DNA from: Escherichia coli
Lineage (GTDB): Bacteria; Pseudomonadota; Gammaproteobacteria; Enterobacterales; Enterobacteriaceae
Length of the DNA stretch: 64,000 nucleotides
Assembly: GCF_003991155.1 (NCBI RefSeq)
Contig: NZ_CP031294.1
Strand: one strand, 5' to 3'
In this document: piece by piece, positions 46,418 to 58,499 of the stretch
Layout: each line of letters starts with the position of its first letter
Position numbering within the stretch: the first letter of the stretch is position 1
Program-made: the position numbers and the translations under genes
The notes under the pieces: generated by a model
What the model saw: only the letters and a program-made list of their open reading frames with translations
The model's database searches: none
Told to the model about the DNA's origin: nothing

Positions 46418-48451
46418 TTACTTAACCTGGTGGCCTGGTTTAGCACCAGCATCCGGGCTTAACAGGAAGATATCTTTCCCGCCGGGGCCAGCAGCCATCA
46501 CCATGCCTTCGGAGATACCGAAGCGCATTTTACGCGGAGCCAGGTTAGCCACCATAATGGTGTGACGACCAATCAGTGCCTGTGGGTCTGGATAAGCAGA
46601 ACGGATGCCTGAGAAGACATTACGCTTTTCACCACCGAGATCCAGTGTCAGACGCAGCAGTTTGTCAGAACCTTCGACAAACTCCGCGTTTTCAATCAGC
46701 GCCACACGCAGGTCAACTTTGGCGAAGTCGTCAAAGGTGATGGTTTCCTGAATCGGGTCGTCAGCCAGTGGGCCAGTTACCGGTGCAGCTGTGGCTTTCA
46801 CTTCTTCTTTGGATGCTTCCACCAGTGCTTCCACCTGTTTCATATCGATACGGTTATACAATGCCTTGAACGGATTCACTTTATGGCCCAGCAGCGGTTG
46901 CTGGATACCATCCCAGGTCAGTTCTGTATTCAGGAATGCTTCTGCACGTTCAGTCAGTTTCGGCAGTACCGGTTTCAAGTACGTCATCAGCACGCGGAAC
47001 AGGTTAATGCCCATAGAGCAAATCGCCTGCAGATCGGCATCGCGTCCTTCCTGCTTCGCCACCACCCACGGAGCCTGTTCATCGACATATCGGTTAGCCA
47101 GGTCAGCCAATGCCATGATTTCACGGATAGCTTTACCAAATTCGCGGCTTTCCCATGCTTCGCCAATCACTTCAGCGGCATCAGTAAAGGTTTTGTACAG
47201 TTGCGGGTCAGCCAGTTCGCTTGCCAGCACGCCGTCAAAACGCTTGTTGATAAAGCCTGCATTACGGGAGGCCAGGTTAACCACTTTGTTCACGATATCG
47301 GCATTCACGCGCTGAACGAAATCCTCCAGGTTGAGATCGATATCATCAATGCGCGAAGAGAGTTTCGCAGTGTAGTAGTAACGCAGGCTGTCGGCGTCAA
47401 AATGATTCAGCCAGGTGCTGGCTTTAATAAAGGTGCCGCGAGACTTGGACATCTTCGCGCCGTTCACCGTCACATAGCCGTGAACAAACAGGTTGGTCGG
47501 CTTGCGGAAGTTGCTGCCTTCCAGCATGGCAGGCCAGAACAGGCTGTGGAAGTAAACAATATCTTTACCGATGAAGTGGTACAGCTCGGCTGTGGAGTCT
47601 TTCTTCCAGTATTCATCGAAGCTGGTGGTATCGCCGCGCTTGTCGCACAGATTCTTGAAGGAACCCATGTAGCCAATCGGCGCGTCCAGCCAGACGTAGA
47701 AATATTTGCCCGGCGCGTTCGGAATTTCAAAACCGAAGTAAGGCGCATCGCGGGAGATATCCCACTGTTGCAGGCCGGATTCAAACCACTCCTGCATTTT
47801 GTTCGCCACCTGCTCCTGCAACGCACCGCTGCGGGTCCATGCCTGCAACATTTCGCTGAAAGAGGGCAGATCAAAGAAGAAGTGTTCGGAATCACGCATT
47901 ACCGGGGTAGCGCCAGAAACCACCGATTTCGGCTCGATCAATTCAGTCGGGCTATATGTTGCGCCGCAGACTTCACAGTTATCGCCGTATTGATCTGGCG
48001 CTTTACATTTCGGGCAGGTGCCTTTCACAAAACGATCCGGCAGGAACATGCCTTTTTCCGGGTCGTACAACTGAGAGATAGTGCGGTTTTTAATAAAACC
48101 GTTCTCTTTCAGGCGAGTATAGATAAGCTCAGACAGCTGGCGGTTCTCTTCGCTGTGCGTCGAGTGATAGTTGTCATAGCTGATGTTAAAGCCTGCGAAA
48201 TCAGTCTGGTGTTCCTGACTCATTTCGCCAATCATCTGCTCCGGTGTGATACCAAGCTGCTGTGCTTTCAGCATGATCGGCGTACCGTGGGCATCGTCGG
48301 CACAGATGAAATTAACCTCGTGGCCGCGCATTCGCTGGTAACGAACCCAGACATCAGCCTGGATGTGCTCCAGCATATGGCCGAGGTGGATTGAGCCGTT
48401 AGCGTACGGCAGCGCGCACGTCACCAGAATTTTCTTCGCGACTTGGGTCAT
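46418..48451 (-). CDS. metG: methionyl-tRNA synthetase
   Basis: Translation from [35 protein letters not shown]... carries the class I HIGH motif and KMSKS (…GAKMSKSRG…). The full-length product is 677 aa with a C-terminal tRNA-binding domain. A terminator hairpin follows the stop. Confidence 0.95.
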   Translation of the reverse strand: MTQVAKKILVTCALPYANGSIHLGHMLEHIQADVWVRYQRMRGHEVNFICADDAHGTPIMLKAQQLGITPEQMIGEMSQEHQTDFAGFNISYDNYHSTHSEENRQLSELIYTRLKENGFIKNRTISQLYDPEKGMFLPDRFVKGTCPKCKAPDQYGDNCEVCGATYSPTELIEPKSVVSGATPVMRDSEHFFFDLPSFSEMLQAWTRSGALQEQVANKMQEWFESGLQQWDISRDAPYFGFEIPNAPGKYFYVWLDAPIGYMGSFKNLCDKRGDTTSFDEYWKKDSTAELYHFIGKDIVYFHSLFWPAMLEGSNFRKPTNLFVHGYVTVNGAKMSKSRGTFIKASTWLNHFDADSLRYYYTAKLSSRIDDIDLNLEDFVQRVNADIVNKVVNLASRNAGFINKRFDGVLASELADPQLYKTFTDAAEVIGEAWESREFGKAIREIMALADLANRYVDEQAPWVVAKQEGRDADLQAICSMGINLFRVLMTYLKPVLPKLTERAEAFLNTELTWDGIQQPLLGHKVNPFKALYNRIDMKQVEALVEASKEEVKATAAPVTGPLADDPIQETITFDDFAKVDLRVALIENAEFVEGSDKLLRLTLDLGGEKRNVFSGIRSAYPDPQALIGRHTIMVANLAPRKMRFGISEGMVMAAGPGGKDIFLLSPDAGAKPGHQVK

Positions 48452-48608
48452 AGTAGGCATTACTTCTTTGTAGTGAAAAGGGGCTTGATAGTAACAAAAT
48501 GGCCTTATGTCTGCCATGTGATAACAGCATTTCTCATAAATGATTAAATGTCGTAGCTGGAGTACACTACAAGGCGACAATTGCGCAAATTAAAATAAAG
48601 GAGACGGG

Positions 48609-49709
48609 ATGAGCGAGTCCAAATCGCCGGATGCCCTGAGAGCAATGGTAGCCGGTACGCTGGCTAATTTTCAGCACCCAACCCTGAAACACAACCTGAC
48701 TACGCTTAAAGCGTTACACCATGTTGCGTTGATGGATGACACACTGCATGTCGAACTAATCATGCCTTTCGTGTGGAATAAGCCTTTTGAAGACCTGAAA
48801 GAGCAATGTAGTGGTGATCTGCTCCGTATCACTGGCGCAAAGGCTATTGACTGGAAGCTGTCGTACAACATTGCCACGCTTAAGCGCGTCAAAAACCAAC
48901 CAGGCATTAATGGCGTTAAGAACATTATCGCCGTCAGCTCAGGCAAGGGCGGCGTGGGTAAATCCTCCACGGCGGTAAACCTGGCACTGGCGTTGGCTGC
49001 TGAAGGTGCGAAAGTTGGTATTTTGGATGCCGATATCTATGGTCCATCAATTCCAACCATGCTGGGCGCGGAAAACCAACGTCCAACCTCACCTGACGGT
49101 ACTCACATGGCACCTATCATGTCTCATGGCCTGGCAACCAACTCTATTGGTTATCTGGTCACCGACGACAATGCAATGGTGTGGCGTGGACCGATGGCCA
49201 GCAAGGCGCTGATGCAGATGTTGCAGGAAACTCTATGGCCTGATCTGGACTATCTCGTTCTCGATATGCCGCCGGGCACTGGTGATATTCAGTTGACGCT
49301 GGCGCAGAACATTCCTGTAACTGGTGCGGTTGTGGTAACTACGCCGCAAGACATCGCGCTGATCGATGCGAAGAAAGGCATTGTGATGTTCGAAAAAGTC
49401 GAAGTGCCGGTACTGGGTATCGTCGAAAACATGAGTGTGCATATTTGCAGTAACTGCGGTCATCACGAGCCAATTTTTGGCACCGGTGGCGCACAGAAAC
49501 TGGCCGAGAAATACAACACGCAGTTGTTAGGCCAAATGCCACTTCATATCTCTCTTCGTGAAGATCTGGATAACGGAACACCAACCGTTATTAGTCGTCC
49601 AGATAGCGAATTTACGGCTATTTATCGTGACCTCGCAGATCGCGTTGCCGCCCAAATGTATTGGCAAGGTGAAGTAATACCTGGCGAAATCGCATTCCGC
49701 GCAGTGTGA
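48609..49709 (+). CDS. mrp: Mrp/ApbC Fe-S cluster carrier ATPase
   Basis: MSESKSPDALRAM... The P-loop reads VSSGKGGVGKSSTAVNLA. The CxxC pair reads CSNCGHHEP. Divergent from metG with a 157-bp intergenic region. A terminator hairpin follows. Confidence 0.93.
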   Translation: MSESKSPDALRAMVAGTLANFQHPTLKHNLTTLKALHHVALMDDTLHVELIMPFVWNKPFEDLKEQCSGDLLRITGAKAIDWKLSYNIATLKRVKNQPGINGVKNIIAVSSGKGGVGKSSTAVNLALALAAEGAKVGILDADIYGPSIPTMLGAENQRPTSPDGTHMAPIMSHGLATNSIGYLVTDDNAMVWRGPMASKALMQMLQETLWPDLDYLVLDMPPGTGDIQLTLAQNIPVTGAVVVTTPQDIALIDAKKGIVMFEKVEVPVLGIVENMSVHICSNCGHHEPIFGTGGAQKLAEKYNTQLLGQMPLHISLREDLDNGTPTVISRPDSEFTAIYRDLADRVAAQMYWQGEVIPGEIAFRAV

Positions 49710-49745
49710 TAAAAGGCGGTGCATTGCACCGCCTAATCAGTTCTC

Positions 49746-50135
49746 CTACATCACGGGACAATCATCAAACTCGCCACTTCTTGCGTCGTTGATAATGTGA
49801 GTGATCACACCAAACACGGCATTGCTGCCCGTGCATCCATCGTCATCCTTTGGCAATGCTTCCTTCTTACCGGTTCTTAAATCCTCCAGATGCTGACGTG
49901 GGTACTTCCGGTATCTTTTTACGCGATATTCCCCATCCAGAGCGCATACAAGCAGAGAACCATCAACCGGGGTAAGTGAGGAATCGACCACCAGCAATGC
50001 ACCCTGTAATATTCCCTCACGATGATGACTATCAGCTGCCCTCATGAAGTAGGTCGCTGAAGGATGTCTAATTATCTGCTGATCAAGAGAAATACGGCTC
50101 TCAGCATAATCCGCCGCAGGAGAAGGGAAGCCCAT
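49746..50135 (-). CDS. UmuD/LexA-like S24 peptidase-domain protein (orphan, no umuC partner in the window)
   Basis: The 129-aa product has a C-terminal S24-like domain ...DGSLLVCALDGEYRVKRYRKYP.... A LexA box lies 19 bp upstream. Confidence 0.65.
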   Translation of the reverse strand: MGFPSPAADYAESRISLDQQIIRHPSATYFMRAADSHHREGILQGALLVVDSSLTPVDGSLLVCALDGEYRVKRYRKYPRQHLEDLRTGKKEALPKDDDGCTGSNAVFGVITHIINDARSGEFDDCPVM

Positions 50136-50153
50136 AGCGTTTTCACCTCAGAG

Positions 50154-50173
50154 TACTGTTTATCCATACAGTA
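50154..50173. promoter_or_regulatory. LexA (SOS) box TACTGTTTATCCATACAGTA
   Basis: Perfect CTGT-N8-ACAG with TA flanks, read directly at 50154-50173. Confidence 0.8.
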
Positions 50174-50233
50174 TACATTAAAGATGCTTGAAGTGTGCAA
50201 TAGCGCGATGCTTTGCGCTCGTCTGGTGGCGCG

Positions 50234-50485
50234 TTATTTTTTGGCTATATCTTCTTTCTGATATACCGGATCGTTTCCTTTTGGCAGCAGGAGGCTTAAC
50301 TGCCGGTAGTGCCGTAGCCGTTCCATGAAATAGGTGCGCAGGTTCTCAGGTTGCTCACGGGCTACCTGTTCCGCTATGACGGGTATGTTCAATCGCTCTT
50401 TGTAGGCAACCCCCCTGGCAGCCAGGTCAACGTTAACTTTATTCCTTTCTTCCTGGCTTTTGGCTGCTATGTTCCAGTTGCTCAT
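50234..50485 (-). CDS. hypothetical protein (83 aa)
   Basis: ORF adjacent to the next small ORF. No motif. Confidence 0.4.
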   Translation of the reverse strand: MSNWNIAAKSQEERNKVNVDLAARGVAYKERLNIPVIAEQVAREQPENLRTYFMERLRHYRQLSLLLPKGNDPVYQKEDIAKK

Positions 50486-50487
50486 GT

Positions 50488-50676
50488 TTAAGGCTCACAT
50501 TTCCAGATGGTATTCTGAACACCCGTACCAGGCGCAAGATGAGGGTTAGCGTTCGCGCTATGCAGATATACAGCTTTAGACTTTCCGTATTGCTGACAGG
50601 CTTTATCTGCGTTTTTTGGCAGGCTATCCAAGCCAATACCAGCCATCGAACTGGATGCTAACCTTTTCACCGTCAT
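50488..50676 (-). CDS. hypothetical small protein (about 62 aa)
   Basis: Weak. Start chosen at MTVKRL. Confidence 0.25.
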   Translation of the reverse strand: MTVKRLASSSMAGIGLDSLPKNADKACQQYGKSKAVYLHSANANPHLAPGTGVQNTIWKCEP

Positions 50677-50837
50677 TGTATTGCACCATCGCACACCCAG
50701 ACATAGCTAAAATCGCACCGACAATACCGCTTTTCCAAAAAGCTCTAATTAGGTCATTCGTTACCTAATGTCCGAACTGCTAAAGCATCCAAGTTGCTGT
50801 AGAATCACATCCAATTACTTAAACCTGAAATAAGTGG

Positions 50838-52396
50838 ATGAAAATGACAAGTATTCAACAACGTGCAGAGCTTCATCGCCAGATCTGGCAAATTGCTAAC
50901 GATGTCAGGGGTTCAGTCGATGGATGGGATTTTAAGCAGTACGTTTTGGGCGCGCTTTTTTACCGTTTTATCAGCGAAAATTTTTCCAGTTATATTGAAG
51001 CCGGTGATGACAGTATCTGTTATGCGAAACTGGATGACAGCGTAATTACTGATGACATTAAAGACGATGCCATCAAAACTAAAGGCTACTTCATCTACCC
51101 CAGTCAGCTTTTCTGCAACGTAGCTGCGAAAGCAAATACTAATGACAGACTGAATGCAGATTTAAACAGCATCTTCGTTGCTATCGAAAGTTCTGCTTAC
51201 GGTTATCCTTCAGAAGCTGACATCAAAGGTTTGTTTGCTGATTTCGATACCACCAGTAACCGCCTGGGTAACACCGTTAAAGATAAAAATGCCCGCTTGG
51301 CTGCGGTTCTGAAAGGGGTTGAAGGGCTAAAACTTGGTGACTTCCATGAACATCAGATTGACCTGTTCGGTGACGCCTATGAGTTCCTGATTTCTAACTA
51401 TGCGGCGAATGCCGGTAAGTCCGGCGGCGAGTTCTTTACACCGCAGCACGTCTCTAAGCTGATTGCACAACTGGCTATGCACGGGCAGACCCACGTTAAC
51501 AAAATCTACGACCCGGCAGCAGGCTCCGGTTCGCTGTTGTTGCAGGCGAAAAAACAGTTTGATGACCATATCATCGAAGAAGGTTTTTTTGGTCAGGAAA
51601 TCAACCATACGACCTATAACCTGGCGCGTATGAACATGTTTTTGCACAACATCAACTACGACAAGTTTGATATCAAGCTGGGTAATACACTGACTGAGCC
51701 GCACTTCAGAGATGAAAAACCGTTTGATGCCATCGTTTCTAACCCGCCGTATTCGGTGAAATGGATTGGCAGCGATGACCCGACGCTGATTAACGATGAA
51801 CGTTTTGCCCCGGCTGGCGTTCTGGCCCCCAAATCCAAAGCTGACTTTGCGTTTGTATTACATGCGCTGAACTATCTTTCGGCCAAAGGTCGCGCTGCGA
51901 TTGTCTGCTTCCCAGGCATTTTTTACCGTGGCGGCGCGGAGCAGAAAATCCGTCAGTATCTGGTCGACAATAACTATGTCGAAACCGTGATTTCACTGGC
52001 ACCGAATCTGTTCTTTGGCACCACTATTGCCGTCAATATTCTGGTGCTGTCTAAACATAAAACGGATACCAAAGTTCAGTTTATTGATGCCAGCGAACTG
52101 TTCAAAAAAGAGACTAACAACAACATTCTGACCGATGCTCATATCGAACAGATTATGCAGGTATTTGCCAGCAAGGAAGATGTTGCTCATCTGGCGAAAT
52201 CTGTTGCGTTTGAGACTGTTGTCGCGAATGACTATAACCTGTCGGTGAGCAGCTATGTGGAAGCGAAAGATACTCGCGAAATTATCGATATCGCTGAGCT
52301 GAATGCTGAGCTGAAAACCACGGTCAGCAAAATCGACCAGTTGCGTAAAGATATTGATGCGATTGTTGCTGAGATTGAAGGTAGCGAGGTACAGGC

Positions 52397-52400
<4 letters not shown>
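50838..52400 (+). CDS. hsdM: type I restriction-modification methyltransferase subunit HsdM (type IC, EcoR124-family)
   Basis: [25 protein letters not shown]... An AdoMet-binding region and a catalytic SNPPYSVKW (NPPY) motif are present. The stop overlaps the hsdS start. Confidence 0.9.
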
Positions 52401-53656
<1,256 letters not shown>

Positions 53657-53777
53657 TTGACCATTGCTACCGACCGGATCACCTTAACATCCGGTCTATA
53701 TAGAGACTATTTTTTACACGCCGGAAGTCGCCCTTAAAGCCCTTCCGGCCCTTGCCAGACGGCACAAAGGATGCGCT

Positions 53778-56700
53778 ATGACTCATCAGACACACACCAT
53801 TGCTGAATCCAATAACTTTATCGTTCTTGATAAGTACATCAAAGCCGAGCAAACAGGCGACAGCTACCAGAGCGAATCGGACCTGGAACGTGAACTGATT
53901 CAGGATCTGCGGAATCAGGGCTATGAATTTATTTCCGTAAAATCTCAGTCGGCGATGCTGGCCAACGTTCGGGAACAGCTTCAGAGCCTCAATGGTGTGA
54001 TGTTTAATGACAGCGAGTGGCGGCGCTTCACGGAGCAGTATCTGGACAACCCCAGCGATGGTATTCTGGATAAAACCCGTAAAATCCATATCGACTATAT
54101 CTGCGACTTTATTTTTGACGACGGGCGACTTGAGAACATCTATTTGATAGATAAAAAGAATCTCATGCGCAATAAGGTGCAGATTATCCAGCAGTTTGAA
54201 CAGACGGGTTCTCATGCTAACCGTTATGACGTCACGATCCTGGTTAATGGTTTACCGCTGGTGCAAATCGAACTAAAAAAACGCGGGGTGGCGATTCGTG
54301 AGGCTTTCAACCAGATACATCGTTACAGTAAAGAGAGTTTTAACAGCGAAAATTCCCTGTTTAAGTATCTGCAACTGTTTGTCATTTCTAACGGCACCGA
54401 TACCCGTTATTTTGCCAACACGACAAAGCGCGATAAAAACAGTTTTGACTTCACCATGAATTGGGCGAAATCAGACAACACGCTGATTAAAGACCTCAAA
54501 GACTTTACCGCTACCTTTTTCCAGAAACATACTCTGCTGAATGTTCTGGTGAACTACAGCGTTTTTGACAGTAGTCAGACGCTACTGGTGATGCGACCGT
54601 ACCAGATTGCCGCCACCGAGCGCATTCTGTGGAAAATTAAGAGTTCCTTTACAGCGAAGAACTGGTCAAAACCGGAAAGCGGTGGGTATATCTGGCATAC
54701 TACCGGTTCTGGTAAAACCCTCACCAGCTTTAAAGCCGCGCGTCTGGCAACAGAGCTGGACTTTATTGATAAAGTCTTCTTTGTGGTCGACAGGAAAGAC
54801 CTCGATTACCAGACCATGAAGGAATATCAGCGTTTTTCGCCAGACAGCGTCAACGGCTCGGAAAATACCGCAGGCCTTAAACGAAATCTGGATAAGGACG
54901 ATAACAAAATTATCGTCACTACTATTCAGAAACTCAATAACCTGATGAAAGCAGAAAGCGACCTGCCTGTATATAATCAGCAAGTGGTGTTTATATTTGA
55001 TGAATGCCACCGCAGCCAGTTTGGAGAAGCGCAGAAAAACCTGAAGAAGAAATTCAAACGCTATTATCAGTTTGGTTTTACCGGCACCCCTATTTTCCCG
55101 GAAAACGCTTTAGGCTCAGAAACGACCGCCAGCGTATTTGGTCGTGAATTGCATTCGTATGTAATTACCGATGCGATTCGTGATGAAAAAGTGCTCAAAT
55201 TCAAGGTGGACTACAACGATGTGCGGCCACAGTTTAAATCTTTAGAGACAGAAACCGACGAGAAAAAACTGAGTGCGGCTGAAAATCAGCAGGCATTTCT
55301 TCATCCCATGCGTATACAGGAAATTACGCAATATATTCTGAATAACTTCCGCCAGAAGACCCACCGTACTTTCCCAGGTTCCAAAGGCTTTAATGCCATG
55401 CTGGCAGTGAGTAGCGTGGATGCCGCGAAAGCCTATTACGCGACGTTTAAACGGTTACAAGAGGAAGCAGCTAATAAATCGGCTACCTATAAACCGCTGC
55501 GTGTTGCAACAATCTTCTCCTTTGCCGCCAATGAAGAACAAAATGCCATTGGTGAAATTTCCGATGAAACTTTTGATACCAGCGCAATGGACAGCAGTGC
55601 TAAAGAGTTTCTTGACGCTGCAATTCGTGAGTATAACAGCTATTTTAAAACTAACTTCAGCACCGACAGTAACGGTTTTCAGAACTACTATCGTGATTTA
55701 GCCCAACGGGTTAAAAATCAGGATATCGATCTGTTAATTGTCGTTGGGATGTTTTTAACCGGCTTCGACGCTCCAACATTGAACACGCTATTCGTCGATA
55801 AAAACTTGCGTTTTCACGGCCTGATGCAGGCATTCTCCCGTACCAACCGCATTTATGACGCTACTAAAACCTTCGGTAACATCGTCACTTTTCGGGATCT
55901 GGAACGCTCAACCATTGATGCCATAACGCTGTTTGGTGATAAAAATACTAAAAATGTGGTGTTAGAAAAGAGTTATGCTGAGTATATGGAAGGCTTTACA
56001 GATGCTGCCACTGGTGAAGCTAAACGCGGCTTTATGGCAGTAGTTTCAGAACTGGAACAACGGTTCCCTGACCCTGCCAGTATTGAAAGTGAAAAACAGA
56101 AGAAAGACTTCGTAAAACTGTTTGGTGAATACCTGCGTGCCGAGAACATCCTGCAAAACTATGATGAATTTGCCACGCTGAAAGCCCTGCAACAAATCGA
56201 TCTTAGCGATCCTGTTGCGGTAGAAAAATTCAAAGCAGAACATTATGTGGATGATGAAAAGTTCGCTGAATTGCAAACAATTCGTCTCCCTGCTGAACGC
56301 AAGATTCAGGATTATCGTTCTGCCTATAACGATATTCGCGACTGGCAGCGCCGTGAGAAAGAAGCTGAGAAAAAAGAGAAATCAACCACTGACTGGGATG
56401 ACGTAGTTTTTGAGGTCGATTTGCTGAAGTCTCAGGAAATAAACCTGGATTATATCCTTGGACTGATTTTCGAACACAACAGACAAAATAAAGGCAAGGG
56501 CGAAATGATCGAAGAGGTCAAACGCTTAATTCGTTCAAGCCTGGGGAACCGGGCGAAAGAGGGCCTGGTGGTCGATTTTATTCAGCAAACGAACCTGGAT
56601 GATTTACCAGACAAAGCCAGTATCATTGAGGCATTCTTTACGTTTGCTCAACGCGAACAGCAACGTGAAGCAGAAGCATTGATAAAAGAAGAAAATCTCA

Positions 56701-56894
56701 ATGAAGAGGCGGCGAAACGCTATATTCGCACGTCTTTAAAACGCGAATACGCCACCGAAAATGGCACAGAATTAAACGAGACATTACCAAAACTTAGTCC
56801 GTTAAACCCGCAATATAAAACGAAAAAACAGACCGTTTTCCAGAAAATCGTCACGTTTATTGAAAAGTTCAAAGGAGTAGGTGGGCAGATATAG
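53778..56894 (+). CDS. hsdR: type I restriction enzyme endonuclease/translocase subunit HsdR
   Basis: The 1038-aa product has an SF2 helicase Walker A …TGSGKT…, a DEAH/DECH-like …[16 protein letters not shown]… and helicase C-terminal motifs. It lies 122 bp after hsdS. Confidence 0.9.
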   Translation: MTHQTHTIAESNNFIVLDKYIKAEQTGDSYQSESDLERELIQDLRNQGYEFISVKSQSAMLANVREQLQSLNGVMFNDSEWRRFTEQYLDNPSDGILDKTRKIHIDYICDFIFDDGRLENIYLIDKKNLMRNKVQIIQQFEQTGSHANRYDVTILVNGLPLVQIELKKRGVAIREAFNQIHRYSKESFNSENSLFKYLQLFVISNGTDTRYFANTTKRDKNSFDFTMNWAKSDNTLIKDLKDFTATFFQKHTLLNVLVNYSVFDSSQTLLVMRPYQIAATERILWKIKSSFTAKNWSKPESGGYIWHTTGSGKTLTSFKAARLATELDFIDKVFFVVDRKDLDYQTMKEYQRFSPDSVNGSENTAGLKRNLDKDDNKIIVTTIQKLNNLMKAESDLPVYNQQVVFIFDECHRSQFGEAQKNLKKKFKRYYQFGFTGTPIFPENALGSETTASVFGRELHSYVITDAIRDEKVLKFKVDYNDVRPQFKSLETETDEKKLSAAENQQAFLHPMRIQEITQYILNNFRQKTHRTFPGSKGFNAMLAVSSVDAAKAYYATFKRLQEEAANKSATYKPLRVATIFSFAANEEQNAIGEISDETFDTSAMDSSAKEFLDAAIREYNSYFKTNFSTDSNGFQNYYRDLAQRVKNQDIDLLIVVGMFLTGFDAPTLNTLFVDKNLRFHGLMQAFSRTNRIYDATKTFGNIVTFRDLERSTIDAITLFGDKNTKNVVLEKSYAEYMEGFTDAATGEAKRGFMAVVSELEQRFPDPASIESEKQKKDFVKLFGEYLRAENILQNYDEFATLKALQQIDLSDPVAVEKFKAEHYVDDEKFAELQTIRLPAERKIQDYRSAYNDIRDWQRREKEAEKKEKSTTDWDDVVFEVDLLKSQEINLDYILGLIFEHNRQNKGKGEMIEEVKRLIRSSLGNRAKEGLVVDFIQQTNLDDLPDKASIIEAFFTFAQREQQREAEALIKEENLNEEAAKRYIRTSLKREYATENGTELNETLPKLSPLNPQYKTKKQTVFQKIVTFIEKFKGVGGQI

Positions 56895-56952
56895 TGTATT
56901 AATCTGAACCAGATCTGGCAGACATCTGTGCAAATTGCAGATAGCTGTCAGA

Positions 56953-57363
56953 TCAAACCATCGTAGGGATGTTTGTATCCACTTTGAACTCAGGTACACC
57001 AACGAACTCTTTAACCTTCATCTGGTAGCCGGTTCTGTCAGTTTTGATGACTTCCTGTTTGCCCTCTATAAACTGCTCACGCCACTCGTCGCGACGGGAA
57101 GCTGGCATGATCAGCAAAACGTTAGTCATATCCGTGACCTTCCTCCAGTACTCGGCCCAAATATTCTGTTTCACCCATTCCAGATCGACTTTATCCAGCC
57201 AAGCTCGATTCAAACGTGAGCGTTCTTCATCTGGTCGATGGTTTAGTCTCAGCAGGCGATTAATCATGTTGTGGCGTTCGTCGCCATAAACGAAGTCGTG
57301 TACCTGATACATGAAGGCGATCTCTTTCTCGCACTCGGCCACGATTTCGTGGATGACATTCAT
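56953..57363 (-). CDS. hypothetical protein (136 aa) convergent with hsdR
   Basis: The product begins MNVIHEIVAECEKEIAFMYQVH... A heptamer tandem repeat abuts its RBS and a 16-bp perfect inverted repeat lies upstream. Confidence 0.5.
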   Translation of the reverse strand: MNVIHEIVAECEKEIAFMYQVHDFVYGDERHNMINRLLRLNHRPDEERSRLNRAWLDKVDLEWVKQNIWAEYWRKVTDMTNVLLIMPASRRDEWREQFIEGKQEVIKTDRTGYQMKVKEFVGVPEFKVDTNIPTMV

Positions 57364-57371
57364 TTCCTGCC

Positions 57372-57399
57372 GATAGTCGATAGTCGATAGTCGATAGCA
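57372..57399. repeat. heptanucleotide tandem repeat (GATAGTC) x3.5, 9 bp upstream of the ATG at 57363
   Basis: Read directly: ccgatagtcgatagtcgatagtcgatagc. Confidence 0.85.
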
Positions 57400-57442
57400 G
57401 CGTTTGAGTTGGGATCGTCGATGATGGAAAGGGCTGTATTCA

Positions 57443-57485
57443 TAATAGCACCATTAAGAAGTGATTTGTTTAATGGTGCTATTAT
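57443..57485. promoter_or_regulatory. 16-bp perfect inverted repeat ATAATAGCACCATTAA-N11-TTAATGGTGCTATTAT
   Basis: Read directly. It lies about 80 to 120 bp upstream of the 136-aa gene. Confidence 0.6.
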
Positions 57486-57546
57486 TTCAAAAATGAAAAG
57501 GTACTAAATAGAAATAAACAGGCAATCCTTCAAATAAAGGCATTGG

Positions 57547-58218
57547 CTAATCATACTTGGAGGTATTTATCACCAGAATTTTGTTTGTATAAATCTTCTT
57601 AATATCCCATGTGACATTACCGGAATACCATTGACCGTTATATACTTGGTTTCCAGTTGCACCTGTCATTGTTACATAGACAGGTCTGTCGTAATCGGTT
57701 CGTCTATAGTTATATACTCCAACCATAGCAGGCATTACCGCACATGGATACCCCATATCTATTGTAAATTGAGGGTCAGAAATAGTGATAAGTTTCGCAT
57801 CAAGGGGCATCATCTCACCGTGATACACCATTGCGCCTGCGCTGTTATACATGGCAATGCCATAGCCAGAATGTGGTAACACCATATCAGAAAAAGCATA
57901 AACTGTTATTGTTCCGGGGCTACCATTTACCTGATGCAATCTGAGAGCATTGTATCCGTTACTATGTTCATGAATAAACATCATGTTCGCCTTATTACTG
58001 CTTTTTATGAAAAAAAAACATGATTTGTTTGATGGGATTGATGTTTGAAAAACAGAACCTTTAGATGTAGACATTGTCCCTTTATTAATCAGATTTTGCG
58101 GAGTAAATTCAGGACTCATCCACAAACTTCCATCTGATTGAGTAATTGACATCCCGAACATAATTATCCCCAGTATGTGTATATGTAAGAACCAAGCCCC
58201 GTATATAAATTTGACCAA
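57547..58218 (-). CDS. Gly/Tyr/Asn-rich protein (223 aa). Possibly the distal part of a frameshifted gene that continues from 58164-58445.
   Basis: Composition is beta-rich and fibre or lectin-like (…TGATGNQVYNGQWYSGNVTW…). It overlaps the upstream ORF by 55 nt in a different frame. Confidence 0.35.
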   Translation of the reverse strand: MVKFIYGAWFLHIHILGIIMFGMSITQSDGSLWMSPEFTPQNLINKGTMSTSKGSVFQTSIPSNKSCFFFIKSSNKANMMFIHEHSNGYNALRLHQVNGSPGTITVYAFSDMVLPHSGYGIAMYNSAGAMVYHGEMMPLDAKLITISDPQFTIDMGYPCAVMPAMVGVYNYRRTDYDRPVYVTMTGATGNQVYNGQWYSGNVTWDIKKIYTNKILVINTSKYD

Positions 58219-58445
58219 CTAACCGTATTTCCATTAATAGTAACATTTGGAACAGGTAAATTGATGTAGTTGTCGTTGTTAAGAGGCATTAATGACCACA
58301 CGGCATGTAGTGATTTACCCGGTGGCGGATTAGAGTACGTCTTAGAGCCTGATGACGCCGTAAATCGATCAAGAAAAAAAATAGGTGTAAGGAAGCCAGT
58401 AACGTTAATTCCTTTATTGTTGTAAATCCCTGTACCGTATGCCAT
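58164..58445 (-). CDS. Gly/Tyr/Asn-rich ORF (93 aa), possible proximal part of the same disrupted gene
   Basis: MAYGTGIYNNKGINVTGFLTPIFF...GLGSYIYTYWG. Composition is similar to the downstream ORF. Confidence 0.3.
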   Translation of the reverse strand: MAYGTGIYNNKGINVTGFLTPIFFLDRFTASSGSKTYSNPPPGKSLHAVWSLMPLNNDNYINLPVPNVTINGNTVSWSNLYTGLGSYIYTYWG

Positions 58446-58499
58446 TTTTCACCCTTGTTTTTATCAACACAATATGGCCGATCATGCGGCCATATCAGA

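Noticed and set aside
46883-48394. 503-aa plus-strand ORF antisense to metG, and the 141-aa and 174-aa ORFs nearby
   Set aside because: They are antisense shadows of a highly conserved housekeeping gene with no start context.
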